Positions 9,182 through 21,790 of a stretch of DNA of 64,000 bases are shown piece after piece. The notes under the pieces were generated by a model. The model had not been told where the DNA came from and did no database searches. It worked only from the letters and a program-made list of their open reading frames with translations. The stretch is from assembly GCA_045863395.1 (NCBI GenBank), contig BTVJ01000005.1, positions 64,001 to 128,000 of the forward strand. Direction: 5' to 3'. The position numbers and the translations under genes are program-made. Within the stretch, counting starts at the first letter, position 1; each line of letters begins with the position of its first letter. Source of the DNA: Myxococcales bacterium. Its GTDB lineage: Bacteria > Myxococcota_A > UBA9042 > JABWCM01 > BTVJ01.

Positions 9182-10471
9182 CTACGCGCAGGTCCCCAGC
9201 CACCAGGCGACGGCGCCAAGCCCGAGCAGCAGCAGCACCAACAGCAGCGCATCACCGAGGAACTCGCCGGGAGCCTCCCTCGGGGGAATGCCGCGAGGCA
9301 GCCCGGACCCGACGCCCCCCTGGACCAGCGCTCCTCCAGACGGGTGAGACCCAGTGCCACGCCCCCTCTGCCGCTGGAGGAGCGCCTCGATCTGCGCCCG
9401 ATACAGGTCGATCTGCGCCGTGTCGGGGATGAAGATCTGCGTTCCGTCCTGCGGCCCGACGCCAGGCGTCTGGTCCGTCCCTCCCTCAGCGCGTCCGAAG
9501 AGCGTCTGGACCTCCGTCTCCGTCAGGGCCGGGGCTCCGAGCTCCGTCTCGGGAAAGAGCTCGTCGAGCCACTCCACGAGGCGCAAGCGGCCCTGCTCCA
9601 CGCTCCCTCCCGCATGGGGAGCAAGCGCCGCGGCGAGCTCCCCGGCATCGTGAAACCGATCCTCGCGCTGCAAGCTCAGCGCTCGGTGAACCGCGGCCAC
9701 CAACCCAGGCGCCAGGTCCGGCCGTCGCTCACCCAGGGGAGGGATCTCGCAGCGGCGGATCGCCGCCATCGCCTCCACGGGGTTGTCGGCGCGGAACAGA
9801 CGCTCCCCTGCGAGCAGCTCCCAGAGGATGATCCCGAGCGCGAACTGGTCGGCTCGCCCGTCCAGCGGCTGGCTCGCCACCTGCTCGGGCGCCATGTACG
9901 ACGCCTTGCCCTTGACCACCCCGACCCGGGTGTGAGAGGAGCGGCCGGCGACCTTCGCGATGCCGAAGTCGATGATCTTCACGTCCCCGGCGTAGGAGAC
10001 CATGACGTTCTGCGGGCTGATGTCGCGGTGCACGATCCGGAGTGGCAGGCCGGTCTGCTCGTCCGTCAGGGTCCAGGCGTAGTGGAGCCCCTCCGCCACG
10101 AGCGCCCCGATGAAGGCCACGCAACAGGCTGGCGAACTGACGCCCCGCTGCTTGAGTCGCTTGCGGATGGCGAGCAGGTCGACCCCGTAGATGTACTCCA
10201 TCGTGATGTAGTAGGACTCGAAGGTCTTGCCGAGCTCGTAGATGCTGCAGATGTTCGGGTGGTGGAGCTGCGCGGCCAGGCGCGCCTCATCGATGAACGC
10301 CTGCAGGAGCGAGTGATCTTCGGCGATGGACGGTAGGATCCGCTTGAGCGCGACCTCCTTCTCAAAGCCGCTCGGCCCGTAGGACTTGGCCTGGAACACC
10401 TCGGCCATGCCGCCGATGCTCACACGGCGGACGAGCTGGTAGCGACCAAACCATTCAGGCTGGGGCGACAC
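9182..10471 (-). CDS. Hanks-type Ser/Thr protein kinase with C-terminal TM helix
   Basis: GGMAEVF, VALKR, HRDISPQN, DFGIAK, YMAPEQ, hydrophobic C-terminus. Confidence 0.93.
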   Translation of the reverse strand: MSPQPEWFGRYQLVRRVSIGGMAEVFQAKSYGPSGFEKEVALKRILPSIAEDHSLLQAFIDEARLAAQLHHPNICSIYELGKTFESYYITMEYIYGVDLLAIRKRLKQRGVSSPACCVAFIGALVAEGLHYAWTLTDEQTGLPLRIVHRDISPQNVMVSYAGDVKIIDFGIAKVAGRSSHTRVGVVKGKASYMAPEQVASQPLDGRADQFALGIILWELLAGERLFRADNPVEAMAAIRRCEIPPLGERRPDLAPGLVAAVHRALSLQREDRFHDAGELAAALAPHAGGSVEQGRLRLVEWLDELFPETELGAPALTETEVQTLFGRAEGGTDQTPGVGPQDGTQIFIPDTAQIDLYRAQIEALLQRQRGRGTGSHPSGGALVQGGVGSGLPRGIPPREAPGEFLGDALLLVLLLLGLGAVAWWLGTCA

Positions 10472-10474
10472 GGC

Positions 10475-11530
10475 CTAGAACGTGTCCCCGAGCTTCTCCA
10501 GGAGCTTCCGCTGCTCTCGCGTCAGGTCCCGGGGAATGACGACCCGGAGGTGGACGAAGTGATCGCCCTTGCCGAAGGACTGCAAGCGGGGGATCCCCTT
10601 TCCTTTCAACTTGATGACCTCCCCGGGCTGGGTCCCGGCCGGGACCTTGAGCGTCTCGTCACCCCACAGCGTGGGGACCTGAACCTTCGCGCCGAGCGCC
10701 GCCTGGACGACCGTGAGCATCACCTCGCTGTGCACGTCGTAGTCGTCGCGCTCGAAGATCGGGTGGGGCTCCACGGTGAGGAACACGTACAGGTCGCCGC
10801 CGTGGCCTCCCTTTTCTCCGGGCTCCCCTTCGCCGGCAAGCCGGATGCGCGTCCCGGTGTTCACGCCAGCGGGGACCTTGACGGAGATGCGGCGCTCGAC
10901 GCGCTCCCTCCCGGAGCCTTGGCACTTCCCGCACTGCTCGCGGATCACCGTCCCCCGCCCGCGGCAGACCGGGCAGGTGGTACTGATCATGAAGTGGCCC
11001 TGGCTTCGCACTACCTGCCCACGCCCGCCGCAGGATGCGCAGGTCTCGGGGGTGGTGCCGACGGCCGCCCCGCTGCCGGCGCAGTGAACGCACCGCTCGT
11101 AGCGAGCAATGGGGATCTCCCTCTTGCACCCGTTGGCGGCCTCTTCAAAGGTGATGGACAGATCGAACCGCAGGTCGGCGCCGCGGCGTGGCCCGGACCG
11201 GGCTCGCTGCCCACCGCCGCCCCCGAAGCCGAACATATCGCCGAAGACGTCCCCGAAGTGGCTGAAGATGTCCTCGAAGCCTCGGAAGCCCTGAAAGCCC
11301 TGGCCTCGGAGCCCATCGTGGCCGTACTGGTCGTAGACGGCGCGCTTCTCCCGGTCGGACAGGACCTCGTAGGCCTCGGCCGCCGCCTTGAAGAGCTCCT
11401 CCGCCTCCGGGTTGTCCGGGTTCCTGTCCGGGTGGTACTTGAACGCCATGCTGCGATAGGCCTTCTTCACCTCGTCGTCGCCCGCACTGCGGCCAATCCC
11501 AAGCACCTCGTAGTAGTCGCGCTTCACCAT
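10475..11530 (-). CDS. dnaJ: Chaperone DnaJ (class A)
   Basis: J domain with HPD, G/F-rich region, four CxxCxGxG repeats, C-terminal domain. Confidence 0.96.
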   Translation of the reverse strand: MVKRDYYEVLGIGRSAGDDEVKKAYRSMAFKYHPDRNPDNPEAEELFKAAAEAYEVLSDREKRAVYDQYGHDGLRGQGFQGFRGFEDIFSHFGDVFGDMFGFGGGGGQRARSGPRRGADLRFDLSITFEEAANGCKREIPIARYERCVHCAGSGAAVGTTPETCASCGGRGQVVRSQGHFMISTTCPVCRGRGTVIREQCGKCQGSGRERVERRISVKVPAGVNTGTRIRLAGEGEPGEKGGHGGDLYVFLTVEPHPIFERDDYDVHSEVMLTVVQAALGAKVQVPTLWGDETLKVPAGTQPGEVIKLKGKGIPRLQSFGKGDHFVHLRVVIPRDLTREQRKLLEKLGDTF

Positions 11531-11666
11531 GGCCTCCCGCGGCCCGTCGGGGCCCCGGCCGCCGGGGGCCGGGGGCTGGTCGAAAAGTCCAGCAGAAGTA
11601 ACGGCGACACCCCCGTCCCGTCAAGCAGCCGTTTCGTTGGCTCACTCCGTGGAGGACGCGTCGCAG

Positions 11667-11695
11667 GTGACGCGCCCCATCGACCCCGCTAGAAT
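11667..11695 (+). promoter_or_regulatory. Putative promoter for the EF-G paralog
   Basis: GTGACG-17 nt-TAGAAT, followed by SD-like GGAGGAGAGG before ATG 11725. Confidence 0.5.
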
Positions 11696-11724
11696 GGGCG
11701 GCCGTCTTACGCCGGAGGAGAGGC

Positions 11725-13779
<2,055 letters not shown>

Positions 13780-13796
13780 GGCCGGTCCGACAGGAG

Positions 13797-14183
13797 CTAG
13801 GGCGCTTCGACGCCGTCCGACGTGACGACGATGCTAGCCTCGGCTGAACCATAGACGAACTCGAACAGCTCGTTGAAGTCCCAGTGGGCCATCCCGAAGA
13901 AGCGGATTGCCACTCCGGCCTCAGCCCCCGTCTCGCGGGCCTCCACCGGGCCGACGATTCGAACTACTTCACCGTTGAGGACCATCTCGTAGTCGCCCGA
14001 CGGCGAGGGGAACCGGACGGTCACGGTCTCGCCGAGCCGGTAGCGCTTGCGGGTCTTGAGGAACATCCCCATGGGGTTGAGGTTGACAGCCTCGCACTGG
14101 GACTCCCGTCCGTGGATGTACTCCATCACGCGGACCGGGCGCCGAAACAAGCGCCGAATGAACTTCCGCCTCTCAAAGCCCAT
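13797..14183 (-). CDS. PilZ domain protein
   Basis: RxxxR (RRKFIR), NLNPMG variant of D/NxSxxG, GEVVR, GVAIRF. SD GGAGG before ATG 14183. Confidence 0.8.
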   Translation of the reverse strand: MGFERRKFIRRLFRRPVRVMEYIHGRESQCEAVNLNPMGMFLKTRKRYRLGETVTVRFPSPSGDYEMVLNGEVVRIVGPVEARETGAEAGVAIRFFGMAHWDFNELFEFVYGSAEASIVVTSDGVEAP

Positions 14184-14343
14184 GGTGTGCCTCCATAGTC
14201 CTCTGCCGTCTGTCCGCCGCGCCCCGCCAGGCGCATCGCCGACCACGGTGCACCATCGGCATCCTGAGCGTGGGGCTTGAGCAGAACTTTGATGCCGGAG
14301 CCCATTGATGCCGAAGGTCAGCGGCGACGCTCATCGAAGGCGG

Positions 14344-14391
14344 GGAGCGGCGTGCGCGGAGCGGCGTACGCGGAGCGGCGTGCGCGGAGCG
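14344..14391. repeat. 14-bp tandem repeat, about 3.4 copies
   Basis: ggagcggcgtgcgc / ggagcggcgtacgc / ggagcggcgtgcgc / ggagcg. Confidence 0.9.
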
Positions 14392-14413
14392 CCCGACAAG
14401 GGCACCGAGGTGC

Positions 14414-14767
14414 TCAGGGCACCTCCTCCTCGTCGTCCTCGTCATCGATCTCCGGCTCGTCGCCGAAGTCCAGATCCTCGTCGAAGTCGAAGTCGTCGTC
14501 CTCCCCAGCCGCGACCTCCTCGTCGCGCTCGCCCTCTTCCTCCTCGACGTCGTCGAGCAGGGTGCGCTGCGGCCGCGCCGGCTTGGGAGCCCTGACCGGC
14601 TTGATGGCCAGAGCCTCCATCGCCGAGACGTCGACAAGCGGCGCATCCTTTTGATTTGCGCCGCACTTCGGGCACACGGACTCCCCGCGATTCATGTCGT
14701 AGAACTTGCAGCTACAGGAGTAGCACGAGTACTTGGTCCCGTAACGGGACAGATCGATTCGGGCCAT
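14414..14767 (-). CDS. TIGR02300 / FYDLN-acid family zinc-ribbon protein
   Basis: GTKYSCYSCSCKFYDMNR...CPKCG followed by a very acidic tail. Confidence 0.85.
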   Translation of the reverse strand: MARIDLSRYGTKYSCYSCSCKFYDMNRGESVCPKCGANQKDAPLVDVSAMEALAIKPVRAPKPARPQRTLLDDVEEEEGERDEEVAAGEDDDFDFDEDLDFGDEPEIDDEDDEEEVP

Positions 14768-14855
14768 CAGGAATCCTCCCGGTACGGTTCGACGGAGCAC
14801 CGTCGCACGTGTCGCGCAAGCCTACACCCAGGGTGGCCTGTCGAAAATCCGCGGC

Positions 14856-14885
14856 AGATTATGTAGGGGGCATCGTCGTTGTCAA
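14856..14885 (-). promoter_or_regulatory. Putative sigma-70 promoter for the TIGR02300 gene
   Basis: TTGACA with CATAAT (16 nt spacer) or TAATCT (18 nt spacer). Confidence 0.55.
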
Positions 14886-14965
14886 GCCGTGCGACCGGCC
14901 GGTGAGCGCCCCCTTGTGCATGGACAACCGGGGCGCTAGGCTTGCGCCTCGCATTGAGGCGGCCC

Positions 14966-16345
14966 ATGGCATTCGAGCAACAGCACCGTTCACCCCAAGC
15001 GAGAGACCCGGGCGCTGACGGGGGCCGCACGCCACCCGCAAGCCTGGAGGCGGAGCGAGCGCTCCTCGGCGCGCTGCTGCTGGACCCCGGAACCCTGAAC
15101 ACGGTCCTGGAGCACGTGAAGGAGGAGGACTTCTACAGGGAGTCACACCGCCACATCTTCGGCGCCATCTGCGCCCTGTTCGAACGGAACGAACCCTTCG
15201 ACCCCATCGCGCTCTCGGACGAGCTCCGGCGCGCAGGTACATTCGACAGCATCGGCGGCACCGCCTACATCTCAGCACTGCTCGATGCCGTCCCCGCCAT
15301 GAGCTCCATCGAGCACTACGCGCGGATGGTCGCAGAGAAGGCTACGAGCCGGCGTATGATCTGGGCGGCGAGCGAGATAGTGAGCATCGGCTACGACGCC
15401 GAGCTCGCCCCGCGGGACTACCTCGACCGGGCCCAAAAGCTGGTCTTCGAGGTCCTCGACGCTGGCTCCCGGTCAGAGGCCGTGCCACTGAAGCATGTCC
15501 TGAAGGACGCCATCTCCCACATCCAGGCGCTCTACGAGAAGCGCGAGGGGGTCACGGGGCTGACCACGGGCTTCGAGAAACTCGACAGCCTGCTTCTTGG
15601 CCTCCATCCCACGGACCTGATCATCCTCGCCGCGCGACCTGCCATGGGGAAGACCACGTTCGTTCTCAACTTGGCCGCGAACGCCGCGCTCCTGGGCAAC
15701 GCGGCCGTGGTGGTGTTCTCTTTGGAGATGGGCTCAGAGCAGCTCGCGCTGAGGATGCTCTCGTCCGAGTCCCGCATCGAGCTGGGCAAGCTCCGCAGCG
15801 GCTTCCTCTCGGACGCGGACTGGCCACGCCTCGCCAACGCCGCTGCCCGCCTCGCCGAAGCGCGCATCTTCATCGACGAGTCCGGTTCACCTACGGTCCT
15901 CGACATTCGAGCCAAGACGCGCCGCCTTCGCCTCGAGGGCAAGTGCGACCTCATCGTCATCGACTACCTGCAGCTCATGCAGGGGCGGAACAACACCGCC
16001 AGCCGCGAGCAAGTGATTAGCGAGATCTCACGTTCGCTGAAGGGCTTGGCCAAGGAGCTGAACGTCCCGATCATCGCCCTGAGCCAGCTCAACCGAGGCC
16101 TCGAACAGCGGACGGACAAGCGCCCGATGATGAGCGACCTCCGGGAATCGGGAGCCATAGAGCAGGACGCGGACATCATCGGGTTCATCTATCGCGATGA
16201 GGTCTACCACCCCGAGACCGAGGACAAAGGCATCGGGGAGATCATCATCGCAAAGCACCGCAACGGGCCCACGGGCACCGTGAAGCTCAAGTTCTTCAAC
16301 ACCTTCACACGTTTCGACAATCTGTACGAGGACGTTCCCCGCTGA
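14966..16345 (+). CDS. dnaB: Replicative DNA helicase
   Basis: AARPAMGKT Walker A, FSLEM, IDYLQLM, LSQLNR, DLRESGAIEQDAD, KHRNGPTG. No intein. Confidence 0.97.
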   Translation: MAFEQQHRSPQARDPGADGGRTPPASLEAERALLGALLLDPGTLNTVLEHVKEEDFYRESHRHIFGAICALFERNEPFDPIALSDELRRAGTFDSIGGTAYISALLDAVPAMSSIEHYARMVAEKATSRRMIWAASEIVSIGYDAELAPRDYLDRAQKLVFEVLDAGSRSEAVPLKHVLKDAISHIQALYEKREGVTGLTTGFEKLDSLLLGLHPTDLIILAARPAMGKTTFVLNLAANAALLGNAAVVVFSLEMGSEQLALRMLSSESRIELGKLRSGFLSDADWPRLANAAARLAEARIFIDESGSPTVLDIRAKTRRLRLEGKCDLIVIDYLQLMQGRNNTASREQVISEISRSLKGLAKELNVPIIALSQLNRGLEQRTDKRPMMSDLRESGAIEQDADIIGFIYRDEVYHPETEDKGIGEIIIAKHRNGPTGTVKLKFFNTFTRFDNLYEDVPR

Positions 16346-16426
16346 CGAATTGAGGGCAGGCGGTGGCGGCCACGTTCGGCGCTCATGGACGGTGGCCACG
16401 GCTGCGGAGAGGGATCGAGAGGGCCG

Positions 16427-17590
16427 TCAGGGCAGCCGCACCACGTATGGCATGCGATCCAATACACGGTCCACGCGACGCAGGATCTCGCCGGTCTGCT
16501 CCACCGTACCTACGCTCATTCGCGCATAGTGCTGGAGCTGCGGGATGGAGCTCCGGTCACGAATGAACACTCCCTCATCCTCGAGGAGAGCGCAGAAGCG
16601 CTTCGCGTCTGGAACGCGGATCAGCACGTAGTTGGCGGGCGTCACGCGACACTCCACGCCGCGCGCGTCCAGATGCTCACGGATGAGCTCCTTGGCTGCG
16701 GTGACGCTCGCGACGTACCGGTCCAGGTACTCGCGATCCTGCAGAGCCGCCTCTGCCGCGATCTGCCCCAGCACATTGACGCTCTTCGGGTTGAAGATCC
16801 TCTTCAGCGTCTCGATGACCTCAGGGCACGCGACCGCATAGCCGATCCGCAGACCGGCGATCCCGAAGGACTTTGAGAACGTCCGCGTGACGACGAGGTT
16901 CGGGTACCGCTGTGTCAGCACAGCCACCGATACGCCGCAGAACTCGAAGTAAGCCTCATCAACGATGACGATCGCGCCGGGGGCAGCCTCAAGGACCCGA
17001 GAGACCTGCTCCTCACTGTACCTGATGCCCGTCGGGTTGTTCGGGCTGACCAGGTAGATGAGCTTCGTGCGGTAGCCCACGCTCTTCAGGATCCCGTCAA
17101 GGTTCTGGTGAAAGGGATCCTCGGCATACACACGAAGGATCTGCGCGCCCCGGGCGCCCGCGTACACCAGGAAGTGAGTGTACGTGGGCGACGGGACAAC
17201 CACCTCGTCGCCGTCGTCGAGGTAGGTCCGACAGACCAGGTCGAGCGCGTCGTCCGAACCGTTGGTCACGAGGAGCGACCCCTCCGGGACGCCGACGTAG
17301 GACGCCAACGCCGTGGTCAACCGCTTGCTGTACAGCTCCGGGTACCAGTTCAGGTGGTGCGTGTTGGACAGGAACCTGCCAATTGCGGCCAGCACCATCG
17401 GGGAGGGAGGGATCGTCGACTCGTTCCAATCCAGCTTGTACACATCCCGCACGCAGCCCGAATCGATCTTGTCCCGTGACGAGACCGCGTCGTAGGGACG
17501 AATTCCGGCCACGTAGCGAGAGGGCAGCGGTGAGCCCGCATCCAGATCGAGGTGCGCTGCAGGGACGTTCTCCATGCGAAAGCTCGTCAT
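16427..17590 (-). CDS. hisC: Histidinol-phosphate aminotransferase family PLP enzyme
   Basis: LDWNES, TNGSDDAL, SPNNPTG, DEAY, RTFSK(PLP)SFGIAGLRIGY. True substrate uncertain because no other his genes are nearby. Confidence 0.8.
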   Translation of the reverse strand: MTSFRMENVPAAHLDLDAGSPLPSRYVAGIRPYDAVSSRDKIDSGCVRDVYKLDWNESTIPPSPMVLAAIGRFLSNTHHLNWYPELYSKRLTTALASYVGVPEGSLLVTNGSDDALDLVCRTYLDDGDEVVVPSPTYTHFLVYAGARGAQILRVYAEDPFHQNLDGILKSVGYRTKLIYLVSPNNPTGIRYSEEQVSRVLEAAPGAIVIVDEAYFEFCGVSVAVLTQRYPNLVVTRTFSKSFGIAGLRIGYAVACPEVIETLKRIFNPKSVNVLGQIAAEAALQDREYLDRYVASVTAAKELIREHLDARGVECRVTPANYVLIRVPDAKRFCALLEDEGVFIRDRSSIPQLQHYARMSVGTVEQTGEILRRVDRVLDRMPYVVRLP

Positions 17591-17815
17591 CCAATCCCTC
17601 TCGTTCCCACGCCCCCCTTCGGCGGGCGTAATCTTTCATAGGGTCCCCGGGGTGTCAAGGTTGAGCCCGGGCTCAGTACGCCGCCCCGCTTGCAATCTTC
17701 AGGCCACGCCCACATCAAGGCTTGACCACCCCCAGCGGCATCGCTCGCGGACGCTCCACCTCCCAACCACAGGGGGACGCCGGCGCTCGCCGGAGCCGGG
17801 CCACTGAAACAAGCC

Positions 17816-17849
17816 AAAAAAAAAGGACCCGCCACAGGTGGCGGGTCCT
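17816..17849 (-). terminator. Rho-independent terminator after tRNA-Gln/tRNA-Glu
   Basis: 10-bp stem ggacccgcca/tggcgggtcc, 4-nt loop, 9 T on the minus strand. Confidence 0.92.
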
Positions 17850-17854
17850 CTTCA

Positions 17855-17929
17855 TGGTAGCCCGTACGAGAGTCGAACTCGTGATTCAGCCTTGAGAGGG
17901 CCGCGTCCTGACCACTAGACTAACGGGCC
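17855..17929 (-). tRNA. tRNA-Glu(CTC)
   Basis: Cloverleaf GGCCCGT...CT CTC AA...GTTCGA...ACGGGCTACCA. CCA encoded. Confidence 0.95.
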
Positions 17930-17967
17930 ACTGAGGTCACACGCTGTGGTCTTTGCGCGCAACCCGG

Positions 17968-18038
17968 TTCGGGGACTAGGATTCGAACCTAGATTAACGG
18001 GGCCAGAACCCGTCGTCCTGCCGTTAGACGATCCCCGA
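17968..18038 (-). tRNA. tRNA-Gln(CTG)
   Basis: U1-A72 acceptor TCGGGGA/TCCCCGA, ACGGG-TT CTG GC-CCCGT, GTTCGAAT. CCA not encoded. Confidence 0.93.
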
Positions 18039-18069
18039 ATTGTCATCCCCCCAAAACCAGCGGGAAGAG

Positions 18070-18098
18070 CTTTTAGCACTTCTCCCGCTGAGGCGCAA
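18070..18098 (-). promoter_or_regulatory. Putative promoter for tRNA-Gln-Glu
   Basis: TTGCGC-17 nt-TAAAAG with an extended TG. Confidence 0.45.
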
Positions 18099-18133
18099 GG
18101 CGAAAATCACCGTGCACTGCCACTGGAGTACGC

Positions 18134-18577
18134 CTACTCCTCAGTGGATGAGAAGGACTCCTTCGAGCTGGCCGCGGTAGCTCCCGCCGCCTGCCCTGAT
18201 CGCGACTTGAACACCGGACGCCCCCCGGGGACGAGCTCGATGATCGACATCGGCGCGTTGTCCCCGTGGCGCTGACGCACCTTCACGATACGCGTATACC
18301 CGCCCGGACGCTCCACGAATCGCGGGCCGATGTCGTCGAAGAGCTTCTTCAACACGTCGGCGCTCTGCAGCCACTTGGCCGCGTTCCGTCGCGCGTGCAG
18401 CGTGCCCTTCTTTCCCTGCGTGATCAGCTTCTCGGCGATGCTTCGAAGCTCCTTGGCCCGGGTGTCGGTCGTCTCGATGCGCTCGTGCTCGAACAAGGAC
18501 GTCACCATGTTCCTGAACATGGCATGCCGGTGTGTTGCGGTGCGGCCGAGCTTTCTACCTGAGTTTCGATGCCTCAT
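18134..18577 (-). CDS. rplQ: 50S ribosomal protein L17
   Basis: [20 protein letters not shown]. Confidence 0.98.
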   Translation of the reverse strand: MRHRNSGRKLGRTATHRHAMFRNMVTSLFEHERIETTDTRAKELRSIAEKLITQGKKGTLHARRNAAKWLQSADVLKKLFDDIGPRFVERPGGYTRIVKVRQRHGDNAPMSIIELVPGGRPVFKSRSGQAAGATAASSKESFSSTEE

Positions 18578-18641
18578 CGTCCCTGCTCCTACGTTCCGTC
18601 GTCAGCGCCACCATCGACGCCTCCGACCCCTCGTGCTCGTG

Positions 18642-19640
<999 letters not shown>

Positions 19641-19692
19641 GGATGTCGTTCCTCCGTGGTGCTTTCGAGGCCGGCGGGATCCGCGCGCGGGA

Positions 19693-20319
19693 CTACTTCG
19701 AGTAGAGCTCGACGATGAGCTGCTCGTCGATCGGCATCATGATGTCCTCACGTGCCGGGAGGCTCCGAACCATCCCCTTGAACGATCCCTTGTCGAGATC
19801 CACCCACTGAGGGACCCCACGCCGGTCGACGCTGTCGAGCGACTCCACGATCCTCGCCACGCTGCGGCTCCGCTCCTTGAGCTCCAGCACGTCTCCAGCC
19901 CGGACCAGGATCGAGGGAACATCCGCCCTCCGACCGTTGAGGCGGAAGTGCCCGTGCCGAACGAGCTGCCGCGCCTCCGACCGGTTGCCGGCAAATCCCA
20001 TCCGGTAGATGACATTGTCCAGGCGCCGCTCCAGGAGCTGGAGCAGATTCTCGCCCGTGATCCCCTTCTTGCGCTCGGCCAAGGCGAAGTAACGACGGAA
20101 CTGCTTCTCCAGCAGCCCGTACATCCTCTTCACCTTCTGCTTCTCACGAAGCTGCTGTCCATACTCGGAGAGCTTGCTACGACGCTGACCGTGCTGCCCC
20201 GGTGCGTACCCTCGGCGCTCAATCGCGCACTTCTCGGTGTAGCAGCGCTCGCCCTTGAGCATGAGCTTCATGCCCTCTCGACGGCACAAGCGACACACAG
20301 GCCCGATGTACCTGGCCAC
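19693..20319 (-). CDS. rpsD: 30S ribosomal protein S4 (zinc-binding type)
   Basis: CRLCRRE..C....C, PGQHG, LERRLDN, IVELYSK. GTG start. Confidence 0.99.
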   Translation of the reverse strand: MARYIGPVCRLCRREGMKLMLKGERCYTEKCAIERRGYAPGQHGQRRSKLSEYGQQLREKQKVKRMYGLLEKQFRRYFALAERKKGITGENLLQLLERRLDNVIYRMGFAGNRSEARQLVRHGHFRLNGRRADVPSILVRAGDVLELKERSRSVARIVESLDSVDRRGVPQWVDLDKGSFKGMVRSLPAREDIMMPIDEQLIVELYSK

Positions 20320-20413
20320 GACTTCCTCCTCACTCGCTACGAAGCTACTCCGGCGAAATCACGCCGACTCAATCATTACCATCGGACCGCGAAGCGTCCC
20401 GCGGATCCCTCGC

Positions 20414-20830
20414 TCAGACGCGCCGGCGCTTCGGCGGGCGGCACCCGTTGTGCGGGATAGGCGTGACATCTCGGATCAGAGTCACCTTGAAACCGGCGGA
20501 CTGCAGCGCTCGCAGGGCGGCCTCTCGACCCGAGCCCGGTCCCTTCACGAACACGGACACGGTGCGCATCCCATGCTCCTGAGCCTGGCGCGCAGCGTCC
20601 TCCGCGGCGACCTGGGCAGCGAAGGGCGTGCTCTTGCGAGACCCCTTGAATCCTCGCTTCCCCGCGCTCGACCACGAGACGGTGTTCCCGCTCACGTCCG
20701 TGATGGTCACGATCGTGTTGTTGAACGTCGATTGGATGTGGGCAACTCCGGTCTGAATGTTCTTCTTGACCTTCTTCTTGCCCTTGCTCTTTCGCCCGGA
20801 CGCCGAGCCTGCCGCTGCTGCCTTCGCCAT
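20414..20830 (-). CDS. rpsK: 30S ribosomal protein S11
   Basis: [30 protein letters not shown]. Confidence 0.99.
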   Translation of the reverse strand: MAKAAAAGSASGRKSKGKKKVKKNIQTGVAHIQSTFNNTIVTITDVSGNTVSWSSAGKRGFKGSRKSTPFAAQVAAEDAARQAQEHGMRTVSVFVKGPGSGREAALRALQSAGFKVTLIRDVTPIPHNGCRPPKRRRV

Positions 20831-20899
20831 GATCCGTCTCCGTATCGAGCTGTGCTGTCGAGCCCGCGGACGAGCCCGCCGGCGACGCCGTAGCTGCGT

Positions 20900-21268
20900 T
20901 TACTTCTTCTTCTTGATCGTTGCCCGGCGTGGGCCCTTCCTGGTGCGAGCGTTCGTGTGCGTCCGCTGGCCTCTCACCGGCAAGCCGCGACGGTGCCGAA
21001 GCCCCCTGAAGCAGCCGAGGTCCATCAACCGCTTGATGCTCATGGAGATGTCACGACGGAGGTCACCCTCCACCTTGTACTCTTGCTCGATGAGCTGCCG
21101 AATCTTGACCGTGTCGCCCTCTGTGAGGTCATCTGAGAGCTGATGCGGGTTCAGGTTGGTCTTCGCGCAGATCTCCAGCGAGGACTTGCGCCCGATCCCA
21201 TAGATGTAGGTCAACGCGACCCAGAGCTGCTTTCGGCGGGGAAGGTCCACGCCAGCGATACGTGCCAT
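20900..21268 (-). CDS. rpsM: 30S ribosomal protein S13
   Basis: [28 protein letters not shown]. Confidence 0.99.
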   Translation of the reverse strand: MARIAGVDLPRRKQLWVALTYIYGIGRKSSLEICAKTNLNPHQLSDDLTEGDTVKIRQLIEQEYKVEGDLRRDISMSIKRLMDLGCFRGLRHRRGLPVRGQRTHTNARTRKGPRRATIKKKK

Positions 21269-21362
21269 GCTTCATCTCCTCCAGAGGGAACCGAGGCTCA
21301 ATGGGGGGTTTGGATGCCCCGGCCTGGCATGCGGCGCTGAAACACCGCGGCCACAGCTCGCT

Positions 21363-21476
21363 TCAGCCCTGCCGCTGCTTGTGGCGAGGGTTCTCGCAGA
21401 TCACGCGCACGATACCCTTTCGCCGCACTACCTTGCACTTCTCACAAATTCTCTTGACCGACGCTCGCACCTTCAT
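21363..21476 (-). CDS. rpmJ: 50S ribosomal protein L36 (not in ORF track)
   Basis: Manual translation [37 protein letters not shown]. Confidence 0.98.
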   Translation of the reverse strand: MKVRASVKRICEKCKVVRRKGIVRVICENPRHKQRQG

Positions 21477-21533
21477 CGTTCGTCTCACTCTCGCTTCGAC
21501 CCTGCTCGCCGCCGGCGGCAGGGTGTCGTTGGC

Positions 21534-21755
21534 TTACCGCGCGATGCGGCGGATGATTCTCGCTCGACTGGTGTCGTAGGGCGACACCTCGAGCGCTACC
21601 CGATCACCGGGCAGGATCTGCACAAAGTGCAACCTCATCGTGCTCGCCACATGGGCGTATACGCTGCGACCGTCGTCGAGGTCCACTTTGTACACTCCGC
21701 TGGGGAGGGCCTCGACCACCCTCCCCAGTGCCTCACGTCCCAGCTCCGGCGCCAT
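21534..21755 (-). CDS. infA: Translation initiation factor IF-1 (divergent)
   Basis: VVEALP, AH....MR, ILPGDRV..EVSPYD. Canonical position between secY and rpmJ. Confidence 0.9.
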   Translation of the reverse strand: MAPELGREALGRVVEALPSGVYKVDLDDGRSVYAHVASTMRLHFVQILPGDRVALEVSPYDTSRARIIRRIAR

Positions 21756-21790
21756 GGCTCCACCACGCGACCCATAGAAGCAGGGAGGCC

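Noticed and set aside
14344..14391. Tandem repeat as a CRISPR array
   Set aside because: 14-bp units with no spacers, and no cas genes in the window.
14966..16345. Intein in DnaB (also checked by length in RpoB and RpoC)
   Set aside because: Protein lengths and motif spacing are canonical.
17590..17860. Integrative element at the tRNA-Glu 3' end
   Set aside because: No integrase and no duplicated tRNA 3' end. A terminator follows immediately, then housekeeping genes.
18072..18099. TTAGCACT resembling a CIRCE left arm
   Set aside because: The right arm does not match GAGTGCTAA. It is better explained as the tRNA promoter -10 region. No CIRCE is seen upstream of dnaJ either.
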